DNA of 48,141 nucleotides from Escherichia virus Lambda_4B5: sequence record LR595863.1; one strand, 5' to 3'. Shown piece by piece: positions 34,405 to 43,716 of this stretch (position 1 is its first letter; each line of letters starts with the position of its first letter). The notes under the pieces were generated by a model. It saw only the letters and a program-made list of their open reading frames with translations, ran no database searches and was not told where the DNA came from. The position numbers and the translations under genes were made by a program.

Positions 34405-34986
34405 ATGAACAACTCATGGTGGCAGGAACTAATGCATTTTTTCCTGCAAGGAATGACACTTAAACAGTTGATTCATATGCTAATCATCCTGATCATATTG
34501 ATTATTGTTATGCCTGTAAGCGTAAAAGAATGGATAAACCTGCATAATCCAGAAATCCTTCCTCATTACTGGATGTATTACATCCTGTTGTTTTGCGTTA
34601 GCTATGTGCTTAACGGCGTTGTTAATTCCGCTTATCACGCTGTGACTGTAAGAATTGAGATATTCGCTGCTCAGAAGCGCAAATCTAAAGAAGAGAAATA
34701 CGTGCAAGATTTGTTTGATTCGTTAACTCTTGGAGAAAGAGCGTATTTGGCATTCGCTGTAGCCGCTAATAACCAGCTAAAGACAGAAAAGGGAAGCCCT
34801 GAAGCAATCTCATTGCTCGAAAAAGGGCTTCTTATTCGGGTACCTTCTGCTACTGGATATCCTGAAATCGACCGTTTTGTTATCCCGGAACGCTATAGAA
34901 ATGAGTGCTACATTAGGTTTGCTGGGAAGAAAGACAGTCTTATGGATGAACTTATCGCTCAGGATAAGCATGGCAAAAACAAGTAA
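34405..34986 (+). CDS. sieB: Superinfection exclusion protein B
   Basis: 193-aa ORF MNNSWWQELMHFFLQGMTLKQLIHMLIILIILIIVMPV matches lambda SieB; opposite orientation to the pL operon as in lambda. Confidence 0.9.
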   Translation: MNNSWWQELMHFFLQGMTLKQLIHMLIILIILIIVMPVSVKEWINLHNPEILPHYWMYYILLFCVSYVLNGVVNSAYHAVTVRIEIFAAQKRKSKEEKYVQDLFDSLTLGERAYLAFAVAANNQLKTEKGSPEAISLLEKGLLIRVPSATGYPEIDRFVIPERYRNECYIRFAGKKDSLMDELIAQDKHGKNK

Positions 34987-35002
34987 TTAGCAAATGAATT
35001 TA

Positions 35003-35311
35003 TCATCTCGCCGTCAGTTGTTTTGATTTCCGGTAGCCTGCCGCGTAAATAGCTACGTTTGGCAGGCAAACACTTCCACTGCATTCATCTACTTTCTTGC
35101 AGCGAAGGCTTCCGAGTGATATTGCTTTTTCAGAAAGGCTTAACCGCTTTCTCGGGTCTTCCTGAACAGGTTCCTCACTGTCTGTGCCGAAGATCGAATC
35201 GATGATGTTGCAGATGGAATCACGCTCGATGGCCAGCTTTCTGCGCCGCTCATGACGGCGAGTTTTGGCATTTCCTGCAAATGTTGATTTTCCGTACACG
35301 ATTACCGTCAT
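35003..35311 (-). CDS. N: Antitermination protein N, P22 type
   Basis: Arg-rich motif GNAKTRRHERRRKLAIERD equals the P22 N boxB-binding peptide as I remember it; start taken at MTVIVYGK inside the longer tool ORF. Confidence 0.85.
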   Translation of the reverse strand: MTVIVYGKSTFAGNAKTRRHERRRKLAIERDSICNIIDSIFGTDSEEPVQEDPRKRLSLSEKAISLGSLRCKKVDECSGSVCLPNVAIYAAGYRKSKQLTAR

Positions 35312-35429
35312 GATGTTTTCCTCATGTGAAATGGCTTTGGTGGTGATGCGCCAGATGCTGATCTTCTGGTTGCTGTCGTTACTGCTGCAATTCACATCAC
35401 CCCAAACCCATCTCGTTTGGTATCTGTTC

Positions 35430-35470
35430 GCGCTTTGTCAGCGCATCATCGAAGTTAAAGAGCCTGCCAA
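35430..35470 (-). promoter_or_regulatory. nutL: nutL (boxA plus boxB), P22 type
   Basis: Leftward transcript reads GGCTCTTTAAC (boxA-like) then GCGCTGACAAAGCGC, the P22 boxB-left hairpin. Confidence 0.8.
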
Positions 35471-35720
35471 TCTGTTCCGTTTGGCTGCCAGCGTCCTGCT
35501 GATGGCGATTATAATGAACCAATAGTTCGATATTATCAAGAACTATAAGTACGAATTGTTTGTGGTTCATTAACTTAATGAGATATGTTTTTGATATGTA
35601 AAGGAATTTATTTTTGTAAAGATTGAAGATTGGTCAGTAGGAGAGAAAGAATTGTTTGCTGGCGTGTTAGTTCGTGGGTTAGCACATGTGCGGATGTTAA
35701 ATAAGGTAGACGATCGTGAG

Positions 35721-35750
35721 GAAAAGAAAAACCGGCGCTGAGGCCGGGTA
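35721..35750 (-). terminator. Intrinsic terminator ending the cI-rex-position transcript (tIMM-like)
   Basis: On the - strand CCGGC-loop-GCCGG followed by TTTTTCTTTTC, immediately after the 35754 stop. Confidence 0.6.
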
Positions 35751-35753
35751 TAA

Positions 35754-36653
35754 TTATTTGATTATTTCTTTTATAAAGACTTCTTTCGGTTGGTATTTTT
35801 TATCTGATGATTTGAGCTGGTACGTTATTGTTATATCAGCACGTACAGAAAATTTACCTGCAAAATCTGATGGGTTTACGTTGGGGCCAAGAACCATATT
35901 TACTCTTCGATCTATTAATCCAGGGATAACAGCAGCCCAACCTTTCTCTGGATTGTCGAGGTCTAATGCACGGATTTCAACATCAACATCAAAATGATCC
36001 TGAGTATATGACTCTGGTGTGAAGACAACTTCAGTTGGGGCTTTTTTAATGGTTTCAGCGGGAATGGTCACTGTACCACCCCCTGTACCTATGACCATCG
36101 TAGATCCTTCGTCTGCCCTAGCTGGGGCAAGCGTCTTAATGGAACTTTTGGCAAGAGTCTTCTTATTGGTTACCGTGCTTTCTATGATTGCTTGAAGACG
36201 GTCAGGTGAAATATTAGCCTCACCGGCACCAATATTGATGATTGTATTGTTATTTGCTTCAAAGTGGGAGGTGTTGCTTGGAGCCATAGCCTTAGTTGCT
36301 AGAACTAAGCCATATCCAACCAGACCAATAACAACAGCACCAACGAGAGCGTTTCTCATTTTCCCATTTCCGATCTTTGCATGAGCGCCAGCAAGAAACT
36401 TGTCCATTTCTTCTTGGCTACCAAAGAGGAGTTTAATAACAATATCTTCATAAAGGCTTCCTGCTTCTAATCGCGCAACATGCACCGATATATCAAGGAT
36501 ATTAGCCCCTGTCAGTTCCTGCAAAACACCTTCTGATTGTTTTGCGATGGCCTCCCACCCTTGAAGGGAGGTAATCACATCTTTGATGCTTACAGGTTCT
36601 TTAGTTGAATAATATATGTTTTCGGTAAAGGTTAAAGATAATTCTTGGGACAT
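35754..36653 (-). CDS. Hypothetical single-pass membrane protein in the rexAB position (candidate lysogen-expressed exclusion / abortive-infection protein)
   Basis: 299-aa ORF downstream of and co-oriented with cI; one predicted TM helix (NALVGAVVIGLVGYGLVLATKAM); AT-rich; followed by a terminator. Confidence 0.75.
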   Translation of the reverse strand: MSQELSLTFTENIYYSTKEPVSIKDVITSLQGWEAIAKQSEGVLQELTGANILDISVHVARLEAGSLYEDIVIKLLFGSQEEMDKFLAGAHAKIGNGKMRNALVGAVVIGLVGYGLVLATKAMAPSNTSHFEANNNTIINIGAGEANISPDRLQAIIESTVTNKKTLAKSSIKTLAPARADEGSTMVIGTGGGTVTIPAETIKKAPTEVVFTPESYTQDHFDVDVEIRALDLDNPEKGWAAVIPGLIDRRVNMVLGPNVNPSDFAGKFSVRADITITYQLKSSDKKYQPKEVFIKEIIK

Positions 36654-36782
36654 CCGAGCCCTCGCTGTTTCTTTCGATTTGCTGTGTTAAGCTAATATTT
36701 TAATATCCATGTTTCTGTTTGCTTGCAGTGTGTTTCTCACCACCATCCAAACGTACTGGTTACTAGCTATGTGATGATGAAG

Positions 36783-37490
36783 TCATGAACTTTTCAGCCA
36801 TTCCCTGGCCTCGATGTCATCTAGGTGGCGAGATTGCTTCAGAATACCAGCTACATACTCCACCTTTGCTACTTGATGATAAGGCAACGTTATTGGCCTG
36901 TGGTCTTGGTTGATGCTTGTAAATTGGTATTCTCCGTCTCTGTCATAGCCAAGAACCTTGATCATGTTGTGCCCTTCAATGGTTCTGACAAACACCTCAT
37001 CACCTGGGAATACTTTGGTGTTAGGCTCAATGAGTACATATTCTCCTGATTTTATTCTGGGCCACATGCTGTCTCCTTTTACACGAAGACCAAAGGCATC
37101 TGGATCATCGCTATAAATCTTGAGCCACCCATCGCGCTCTTCGGTCATCTCGATGGCACCATCAACACCAAGAATTGCCTCACCAACCACGCGCACTAAC
37201 CCTTTTTTTAATTTGCCAACAATTGAAAAAGTATCTTCATCATTCGCTCCATTTAACGAAGTGCCGTGCTGAAGCCAAACAACATCAACGTTTAGAAATT
37301 TCGCAAGCGCATTCATTTTTTCCTGGCGTGGTAAAGACTCAGCATTAAACCATTTGCTAACGCCTTTGGACGAAAGAGAAAGGGCACGGGCTATGGCCAT
37401 TCCCCTACCATGTTCATCAAGACCAGCTTCTTTACAGGCTTGCGCTAGCCGCTGGGCGAATTCTTTGCGCACTTTTTCATTCTGAACCAT
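36783..37490 (-). CDS. cI: CI-type prophage repressor (HTH plus S24 LexA-like autopeptidase)
   Basis: 235-aa protein with N-terminal HTH region and C-terminal DSM...K peptidase motif (RVKGDSMWPRIKSGEYVLI); divergent from lambda and P22 repressors. Confidence 0.85.
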   Translation of the reverse strand: MVQNEKVRKEFAQRLAQACKEAGLDEHGRGMAIARALSLSSKGVSKWFNAESLPRQEKMNALAKFLNVDVVWLQHGTSLNGANDEDTFSIVGKLKKGLVRVVGEAILGVDGAIEMTEERDGWLKIYSDDPDAFGLRVKGDSMWPRIKSGEYVLIEPNTKVFPGDEVFVRTIEGHNMIKVLGYDRDGEYQFTSINQDHRPITLPYHQVAKVEYVAGILKQSRHLDDIEAREWLKSS

Positions 37491-37568
37491 GAGTACGATA
37501 CTAAAGCACTTGCAAAAACTTTCAGTTCAACCATAATGCGTACTGAAAGTACGAAAAAGGACATTCCT
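37491..37568. promoter_or_regulatory. Divergent pRM/pR promoter and operator region
   Basis: 78-bp cI-cro intergenic spacer containing inverted-repeat elements (for example CGTAC-N5-GTACG); individual operators not resolved. Confidence 0.5.
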
Positions 37569-37796
37569 ATGCAAAATCTTGATGAGCCGATTAAAGGTGT
37601 CGGCATCCCTGAAGTTGCGAAGGCTTGTGGAGTTAGCGAAAGGGCTGTCTATAAGTGGCTCAAAAACGGCTTCCTCCCTAAGACTGAGTTTTTTGGGAAA
37701 ACGAAATACGCATCAAAAATCGAAGAGATTTCTGGTGGCAAATATCAAGCAAGCGAAATGCTTGAAATAAGCAAAAAGAACCTTCTGGCAGCATAA
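37569..37796 (+). CDS. cro: Cro-like HTH regulator
   Basis: Small protein with HTH (IPEVAKACGVSERAVYKWLKNG), AAGGA RBS before ATG at 37569; the tool ORF starts 11 codons earlier. Confidence 0.75.
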   Translation: MQNLDEPIKGVGIPEVAKACGVSERAVYKWLKNGFLPKTEFFGKTKYASKIEEISGGKYQASEMLEISKKNLLAA

Positions 37797-37803
37797 GTAA
37801 CAC

Positions 37804-37838
37804 CGCTCTTTATCAATCTGCACCGCCGACAACGCGGT
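37804..37838 (+). promoter_or_regulatory. nutR: nutR (boxA plus boxB), P22 type
   Basis: CGCTCTTTA (boxA) followed by ACCGCCGACAACGCGGT, the P22 boxB-right hairpin as remembered. Confidence 0.8.
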
Positions 37839-37902
37839 AACTAATTAAGAACTCATCGAAAGATGCGTATTAGTGATTATTTACCTATGGAAATAGTAAG
37901 AA

Positions 37903-38202
37903 ATGGAACAAACAAATTACAGCAAACTATCACAGCGCGACGTTGATCGCGCAGAAACAGATTTACTTATCAACCTGTCAACGCTTACTCAGCGCGGTCT
38001 GGCAAAGATGATTGGCTGTCATGAATCGAAGATAAGCAGAACAGACTGGAGGTTTATAGCTTCGGTCTTGTGTGCTTTTGGCATGGCATCAGACATCAGT
38101 CCGATTAGCAGAGCTTTTAAGTATGCGCTTGATGAAATCACCAATAAAAAACGCCCGGTGTGCAAGACCGAGCGTTCTGAACAAATCCAGATGGAGTTCT
38201 GA
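37903..38202 (+). CDS. cII: CII-like lysogeny activator
   Basis: 99-aa protein; C-terminus ...TNKKRPVCKTERSEQIQMEF matches lambda CII C-terminus; N-terminal part divergent. Confidence 0.8.
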   Translation: MEQTNYSKLSQRDVDRAETDLLINLSTLTQRGLAKMIGCHESKISRTDWRFIASVLCAFGMASDISPISRAFKYALDEITNKKRPVCKTERSEQIQMEF

Positions 38203-38234
38203 GGTCATTACTGGATCTATCAACAGGAGTCATT

Positions 38235-39134
38235 ATGACAAATACAGCAAAAATACTCAACTTCGGCAGAGGTAACTTTGCCGGACAGGAGCGTAATGTG
38301 GCAGATCTCGATGATGGTTACGCCAGACTATCAAATATGCTGCTTGAGGCTTATTCGGGCGCAGATCTGACCAAGCGACAGTTTAAAGTGCTGCTTGCCA
38401 TTCTGCGTAAAACCTATGGGTGGAATAAACCAATGGACAGAATCACCGATTCTCAACTTAGCGAGATTACAAAGTTACCTGTCAAACGGTGCAATGAAGC
38501 CAAGTTAGAACTCGTCAGAATGAATATTATCAAGCAGCAAGGCGGCATGTTTGGACCAAACAAAAACATCTCAGAATGGTGCATCCCTCAAAACGAGGGA
38601 AAATCCCCTAAAACGAGGGATAAAACATCCCTCAAATTGGGGGATTGCTATCCCTCAAAACAGGGGGACACAAAAGACACTATTACAAAAGAAAAAAGAA
38701 AAGATTATTCGTCCGAGAATTCTGGCGAATCCTCTGACCAGCCAGAAAACGATCTTTCTGTGGTTAAACCGGATGCTGCAATTCAGAGCGGCAGTAAGTG
38801 GGGAACAGCAGAAGACCTGACCGCCGCAGAGTGGATGTTTGACATGGTGAAGACCATCGCGCCATCAGCCAGAAAACCGAATTTTGCTGGGTGGGCTAAC
38901 GATATCCGCCTGATGCGTGAACGTGACGGACGTAACCACCGCGATATGTGTGTGCTTTTCCGCTGGGCCTGCCAGGACAACTTCTGGTCCGGTAACGTGC
39001 TGAGTCCGGCCAAACTCCGCGACAAGTGGACCCAGCTCGAAATCAACCGTAACAAGCAACAGGCTGGCGTGACAGCCGGAAAACCAAAACTCGACCTGAC
39101 AAACACTGACTGGATTTACGGGGTGGATCTATGA
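38235..39134 (+). CDS. O: Replication initiator O
   Basis: 299-aa ORF MTNTAKILNFGRGNFAGQERNVADLDDGYARLSNM matches lambda O. Confidence 0.95.
   Translation: MTNTAKILNFGRGNFAGQERNVADLDDGYARLSNMLLEAYSGADLTKRQFKVLLAILRKTYGWNKPMDRITDSQLSEITKLPVKRCNEAKLELVRMNIIKQQGGMFGPNKNISEWCIPQNEGKSPKTRDKTSLKLGDCYPSKQGDTKDTITKEKRKDYSSENSGESSDQPENDLSVVKPDAAIQSGSKWGTAEDLTAAEWMFDMVKTIAPSARKPNFAGWANDIRLMRERDGRNHRDMCVLFRWACQDNFWSGNVLSPAKLRDKWTQLEINRNKQQAGVTAGKPKLDLTNTDWIYGVDL
38582..38710 (+). repeat. ori: Origin of replication: four iterons plus AT-rich tract inside O
   Basis: Repeated ATCCCTCAAAACGAGGGA-type iterons followed by an A-rich stretch ACAAAAGAAAAAAGAAAAGATTATT. Confidence 0.85.
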
Positions 39135-39832
39135 AAAACATCGCCGCACAGATGGTTAACTTTGACCGTGAGCAGATGCGTCGGATCGCCAACAACATGC
39201 CGGAACAGTACGACGAAAAGCCACAGGTACAGCAGGTAGCGCAGATCATCAACGGTGTGTTCAGCCAGTTACTGGCAACTTTCCCGGCGAGCCTGGCTAA
39301 CCGTGACCAGAACGAACTGAACGAAATCCGCCGCCAGTGGGTTCTGGCTTTCCGGGAAAACGGGATCACCACAATGGAACAGGTTAACGCAGGAATGCGC
39401 GTAGCCCGTCGGCAGAATCGACCATTTCTGCCATCACCCGGGCAGTTTGTTGCATGGTGCCGGGAAGAAGCATCCGTTATCGCCGGACTGCCAAACGTCA
39501 GCGAGCTGGTTGATATGGTTTACGAGTATTGCCGGAAGCGAGGCCTGTATCCGGATGCGGAGTCTTATCCGTGGAAATCAAATGCGCACTACTGGCTGGT
39601 TACCAACCTGTATCAGAACATGCGGGCCAATGCGCTTACTGATGCGGAATTACGCCGTAAGGCCGCAGATGAGCTTGTCCATATGACTGCGAGAATTAAC
39701 CGTGGTGAGGCGATCCCTGAACCAGTAAAACAACTTCCTGTCATGGGCGGTAGACCTCTAAATCGTGCACAGGCTCTGGCGAAGATCGCAGAAATCAAAG
39801 CTAAGTTCGGACTGAAAGGAGCAAGTGTATGA
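39131..39832 (+). CDS. P: Replication protein P (DnaB helicase loader)
   Basis: 233-aa ORF MKNIAAQMVNFDREQMRRIANNMPEQYDEKP matches lambda P. Confidence 0.95.
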   Translation: MKNIAAQMVNFDREQMRRIANNMPEQYDEKPQVQQVAQIINGVFSQLLATFPASLANRDQNELNEIRRQWVLAFRENGITTMEQVNAGMRVARRQNRPFLPSPGQFVAWCREEASVIAGLPNVSELVDMVYEYCRKRGLYPDAESYPWKSNAHYWLVTNLYQNMRANALTDAELRRKAADELVHMTARINRGEAIPEPVKQLPVMGGRPLNRAQALAKIAEIKAKFGLKGASV

Positions 39833-40119
39833 CGGGCAAAGAGGCAATTATTCATTACCTGGGGACGCATAATAGCTTCTGTGCGCCGGACGTTGCCGCG
39901 CTAACAGGCGCAACAGTAACCAGCATAAATCAGGCCGCGGCTAAAATGGCACGGGCAGGTCTTCTGGTTATCGAAGGTAAGGTCTGGCGAACGGTGTATT
40001 ACCGGTTTGCTACCAGGGAAGAACGGGAAGGAAAGATGAGCACGAACCTGATTTTCAAGGAGTGTCGCCAGAGTGCCGCGATGAAACGGGTATTGGCGGT
40101 ATATGGAGTTAAAAGATGA
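39829..40119 (+). CDS. ren: Ren (Rex exclusion escape protein)
   Basis: 96-aa ORF MTGKEAIIHYLGTHNSFCAPDVAALTGATV matches lambda Ren. Confidence 0.88.
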   Translation: MTGKEAIIHYLGTHNSFCAPDVAALTGATVTSINQAAAKMARAGLLVIEGKVWRTVYYRFATREEREGKMSTNLIFKECRQSAAMKRVLAVYGVKR

Positions 40120-40192
40120 CCATCTACATTACTGAGCTAATAACAGGCCTGCTGGTAATCGCAGGCCTTTTTATTTGGGGGAGAGGGAAGTC

Positions 40193-40633
40193 ATGAAAAA
40201 ACTAACCTTTGAAATTCGATCTCCAGCACATCAGCAAAACGCTATTCACGCAGTACAGCAAATCCTTCCAGACCCAACCAAACCAATCGTAGTAACCATT
40301 CAGGAACGCAACCGCAGCTTAGACCAAAACAGGAAGCTATGGGCCTGCTTAGGTGACGTCTCTCGTCAGGTTGAATGGCATGGTCGCTGGCTGGATGCAG
40401 AAAGCTGGAAGTGTGTGTTTACCGCAGCATTAAAGCAGCAGGATGTTGTTCCTAACCTTGCCGGGAATGGCTTTGTGGTAATAGGCCAGTCAACCAGCAG
40501 GATGCGTGTAGGCGAATTTGCGGAGCTATTAGAGCTTATACAGGCATTCGGTACAGAGCGTGGCGTTAAGTGGTCAGACGAAGCGAGACTGGCTCTGGAG
40601 TGGAAAGCGAGATGGGGAGATCGGGCTGCATGA
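40193..40633 (+). CDS. ninB: NinB (Orf) recombination mediator
   Basis: MKKLTFEIRSPAHQQNAIHAVQQILPDPTKPIV... matches lambda NinB; internal start. Confidence 0.9.
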   Translation: MKKLTFEIRSPAHQQNAIHAVQQILPDPTKPIVVTIQERNRSLDQNRKLWACLGDVSRQVEWHGRWLDAESWKCVFTAALKQQDVVPNLAGNGFVVIGQSTSRMRVGEFAELLELIQAFGTERGVKWSDEARLALEWKARWGDRAA

Positions 40634-41157
40634 CTATCAAATCAAATACGCCAGCACACGACAAGGACTGCTGGCAAACGCCGCTTTGGCTTTTTGATGC
40701 ACTGGATATTGAGTTTGGATTCTGGCTGGATTCGGCAGCGAGCGACAAAAATGCTCTGTGTGCTCACTGGCTAACTGAGGCCGACGACGCGCTCAATTCT
40801 GAGTGGGTAAGCCACGGTGCAATCTGGAATAACCCACCGTACAGCAATATCAGGCCGTGGGTGGAAAAAGCCGCTGAGCAGTGCATACAACAGCGACAGA
40901 CGGTAGTTATGCTTGTGCCAGAGGATATGTCAGTCGGATGGTTCAGCAAGGCTCTGGAGAGTGTCGACGAAGTTCGCATTATCACTGATGGACGGATTAA
41001 TTTTATCGAACCATCGACAGGGCTGGAGAAGAAGGGAAACAGCAAAGGCTCCATGCTGCTGATTTGGCGACCGTTCATCAGTCCTCGACGGATGTTTACT
41101 ACCGTATCCAAAGCGGCATTGATGGCGATCGGGCAGGGCGTCAGGAGGGCGGCATGA
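40630..41157 (+). CDS. DNA N6-adenine methyltransferase (orphan, phage Dam-like)
   Basis: 175-aa product with NPPY catalytic motif ([10 protein letters not shown]); ATGA overlap with ninB. Confidence 0.8.
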   Translation: MTIKSNTPAHDKDCWQTPLWLFDALDIEFGFWLDSAASDKNALCAHWLTEADDALNSEWVSHGAIWNNPPYSNIRPWVEKAAEQCIQQRQTVVMLVPEDMSVGWFSKALESVDEVRIITDGRINFIEPSTGLEKKGNSKGSMLLIWRPFISPRRMFTTVSKAALMAIGQGVRRAA

Positions 41158-41330
41158 GGCGACAGCGACGAAGTTTCACCGACATCATCTGCGAAAACTG
41201 CAAATACCTTCCAACGAAACGCTCCAGAAATAAACGCAAGCCAATCCCAAAAGAATCTGACGTAAAAACCTTCAATTACACAGCTCACCTGTGGGATATC
41301 CGGTGGCTAAGATATCGTGCGAGGAAATGA
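41154..41330 (+). CDS. ninE: NinE
   Basis: [58 protein letters not shown] matches lambda NinE; ATGA overlap with upstream gene. Confidence 0.85.
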   Translation: MRRQRRSFTDIICENCKYLPTKRSRNKRKPIPKESDVKTFNYTAHLWDIRWLRYRARK

Positions 41331-41674
41331 CAATGGATTATTCACAGTTAAGTGATTTTGAAATTAACAGAATGGTAGGAGACATAATTTTTAAAGGCCT
41401 TTGGGCAAGTAAACCGGAAACATCAGGGAATAACACCAACAAATGGTATTACGGAAATGCTGATACAACTTTTGAGCCATTAAATCATTTGCCTGACTAC
41501 TGCAATGATCCGAGCGCTTCATGGCCGATTATTGAGAAATACAGGATTTCTATCTTAGACCAGTTAACTGAATGGTGTGTGGATGCAAAAGGCGTAAGCC
41601 CAATATTTGATACCAGACCTCTCCGCGCCGCCATTATTGTCTTTCTCCTGATGCAGGAGGCCAATAATGCTTAG
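41327..41674 (+). CDS. Hypothetical nin-region protein
   Basis: ORF beginning [23 protein letters not shown] overlap with ninE stop. Confidence 0.6.
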   Translation: MTMDYSQLSDFEINRMVGDIIFKGLWASKPETSGNNTNKWYYGNADTTFEPLNHLPDYCNDPSASWPIIEKYRISILDQLTEWCVDAKGVSPIFDTRPLRAAIIVFLLMQEANNA

Positions 41675-41861
41675 CCCATCTCAATCCCTTCAATACCTGA
41701 AAGGAAGCATAGAGCGGGCTTCAATGTGCACAGAGTGGATTCTATCTAGGTTTAGCGCATACAGAAGATTGCCGGTAAAGGGCATGCCAAGCAAGTCGAT
41801 GCTGCATATGCAAAAGAATGCGCGCGGGAAGGTATGGCGAGAACGCAGGTTATCTGGCTGA
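41667..41861 (+). CDS. ninF: NinF-like protein (C-terminal part divergent)
   Basis: Starts [10 protein letters not shown] as lambda NinF does in my memory, then departs from it. Confidence 0.5.
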   Translation: MLSPSQSLQYLKGSIERASMCTEWILSRFSAYRRLPVKGMPSKSMLHMQKNARGKVWRERRLSG

Positions 41862-41880
41862 AAGAGGGGGTAATTAAGGC

Positions 41881-42243
41881 GTGAATACTTACCACATCAC
41901 ACTACCCTGGCCTCCGAGCAATAATCGCTATTATCGCCATAATCGCGGGCGCACGCACGTCAGCGCAGAGGGGCAGGCATACCGCGATAACGTCGCCCGA
42001 ATCATTAAAAACGCAATGCTGGATATCGGCCTGGCGATGCCTGTGAAAATCCGCATTGAGTGCCACATGCCGGATCGCCGTCGCCGTGACCTGGATAATC
42101 TGCAAAAAGCCGCTTTTGACGCACTCACCAAAGCAGGTTTCTGGCTGGATGATGCTCAGGTCGTTGATTACCGCGTTGTGAAGATGCCTGTTACCAAAGG
42201 TGGGAGGCTGGAATTGACCATCACCGAAATGGGGAATGAATGA
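41881..42243 (+). CDS. rusA: Holliday junction resolvase RusA
   Basis: 120-aa ORF (GTG start) with RusA-family acidic residues ([13 protein letters not shown]); occupies the lambda ninG/rap position. Confidence 0.85.
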   Translation: MNTYHITLPWPPSNNRYYRHNRGRTHVSAEGQAYRDNVARIIKNAMLDIGLAMPVKIRIECHMPDRRRRDLDNLQKAAFDALTKAGFWLDDAQVVDYRVVKMPVTKGGRLELTITEMGNE

Positions 42244-42380
42244 TGTTTGAGTTTTATATGGCAGAACGTCTTCGCCACCGCTGGGTGCGTCTGCGCTTAT
42301 ATCGTTTCCCCGGTTCTGTTTTGACCGATTACCGAATACTGAAGAATTACGCCAAAACACTGACAGGAGCAGGAGTATGA
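42240..42380 (+). CDS. ylcG: Small protein YlcG-like
   Basis: 46-codon [49 protein letters not shown] resembles the DLP12 ylcG product between rusA and Q. Confidence 0.55.
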   Translation: MMFEFYMAERLRHRWVRLRLYRFPGSVLTDYRILKNYAKTLTGAGV

Positions 42381-42465
42381 AGTCAGAGATAACAATCAAC
42401 TAATACTGTTTTGCTGATTTTTGCTTGTAATTGGCGTTCTGGTCTGATTTTTGTGGAGTAAGTTG

Positions 42466-42843
42466 ATGCGTGATATTCAGATGGTTCTTGAGCGTTGGGG
42501 AGCGTGGGCGGCTAATAATCATGAAGATGTGACCTGGTCGTCCATTGCCGCCGGTTTTAAGGGATTAATTCCTTCAAAAGTAAAATCTCGCCCGCAATGT
42601 TGTGACGATGACGCGATGATCATTTGCGGGTGCATGGCCCGTCTGAAAAATAACAACAGCGATTTGCATGATTTGTTAGTGGACTATTATGTCGGCGGCA
42701 TGACTTTTATGGCGCTTGCGCGTAAGCATGGTAGATCTGATTGTTGGATTGGCAGGATGCTCCAAAAAGCTGAGGGCGTAGTGGAGGGCATGCTGATGGT
42801 GTTGGATCTCAGATTGGAGATGGATGCTGATTGTTTGAGATAA
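42466..42843 (+). CDS. Q: Late antiterminator Q (phage 82 / DLP12 QuuD type)
   Basis: [36 protein letters not shown]... with Cys-rich zinc-binding segment; resembles QuuD as remembered. Confidence 0.85.
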   Translation: MRDIQMVLERWGAWAANNHEDVTWSSIAAGFKGLIPSKVKSRPQCCDDDAMIICGCMARLKNNNSDLHDLLVDYYVGGMTFMALARKHGRSDCWIGRMLQKAEGVVEGMLMVLDLRLEMDADCLR

Positions 42844-42943
42844 TTAAAGGAAAAGTTGCTGTCTGGTTATCATTAGACTAATGTTTCAAATGTTAGAATC
42901 GCAACGTAGTTATGATCATATAACAGCTTGTTCCCTGATTTAG

Positions 42944-42972
42944 CCAGCCTCCCCAAAGGCTGGTTTTTTTTC
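42944..42972 (+). terminator. tR'-like intrinsic terminator downstream of Q
   Basis: CCAGCC-TCCCCAAA-GGCTGG followed by T9; a TAGAAT -10-like hexamer lies about 50 bp upstream (candidate pR'). Confidence 0.7.
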
Positions 42973-42999
42973 TAATAAGTATCAATCCGGTTAGGTATT

Positions 43000-43524
43000 T
43001 TATTGTTTGACCCATAATAGTTCATTGACATTGAATCCCAATTTTTGAGCAGTACGCACATAGTCTGCTTTTACATTATCTGGAATAGTTGGAGTCCGTG
43101 CCAGAATCCATAGGTATTCTCTGTTCGGACCACTGACAAGAGCATACTTATACTCATCATCCAGTTTGATTACATTATAGCCACCATAGAAGGGGCCAAA
43201 AAACGAAACCTTCAACGCTGCAGTTGTATTATCTCCTGTAAAGTATGCTTTACCTTCGCTCTCGCTCCATTTGTTTTTCGTTGGGTCATATCCACGATTA
43301 AGTACACTAATCCCTCCGTCGTTCCGTTTCCCATAAGTGGCGCTGACCTGTTCCAGACCACGTTCAAATCGGTTCTCAAGCCGAGCTATTTCATACCATT
43401 TTCCGAGGTAGCGGTTGGTGTCAAAATTTGTAATCGGCTGCACACCTTTAGGTGGTGTCGGGGCCTTACATGCTATCAGAGTGAAAGAGAGTGCAATGCC
43501 AGTCAACACAGGCCATAACTTCAT
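43000..43524 (-). CDS. blc: Outer-membrane lipocalin (Blc-like lipoprotein)
   Basis: 174-aa protein with lipobox LTLIAC and lipocalin signature (NRYLGKWYEIARL). Confidence 0.8.
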   Translation of the reverse strand: MKLWPVLTGIALSFTLIACKAPTPPKGVQPITNFDTNRYLGKWYEIARLENRFERGLEQVSATYGKRNDGGISVLNRGYDPTKNKWSESEGKAYFTGDNTTAALKVSFFGPFYGGYNVIKLDDEYKYALVSGPNREYLWILARTPTIPDNVKADYVRTAQKLGFNVNELLWVKQ

Positions 43525-43716
43525 AATATATCCTGTACTTTTGATAGTTGAGAGTAAGTATTAAAGATAGATGATTACTACCGATCACCTAAAGAACTTT
43601 CCTACTATATTAGGAATAGTCCATAACAAAAAAATTGTCAGTGATGACGGCAGAAAGGCAGTTTAGGTCGTGTACTACACTGTTAACCTGTTAATGAATT
43701 AGTCAAGGGGTAGGCA

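Noticed and set aside
34230-34412. 60-aa ORF on the - strand in the ea10-sieB interval
   Set aside because: No RBS, odd composition, does not resemble Ral; more likely non-coding regulatory DNA
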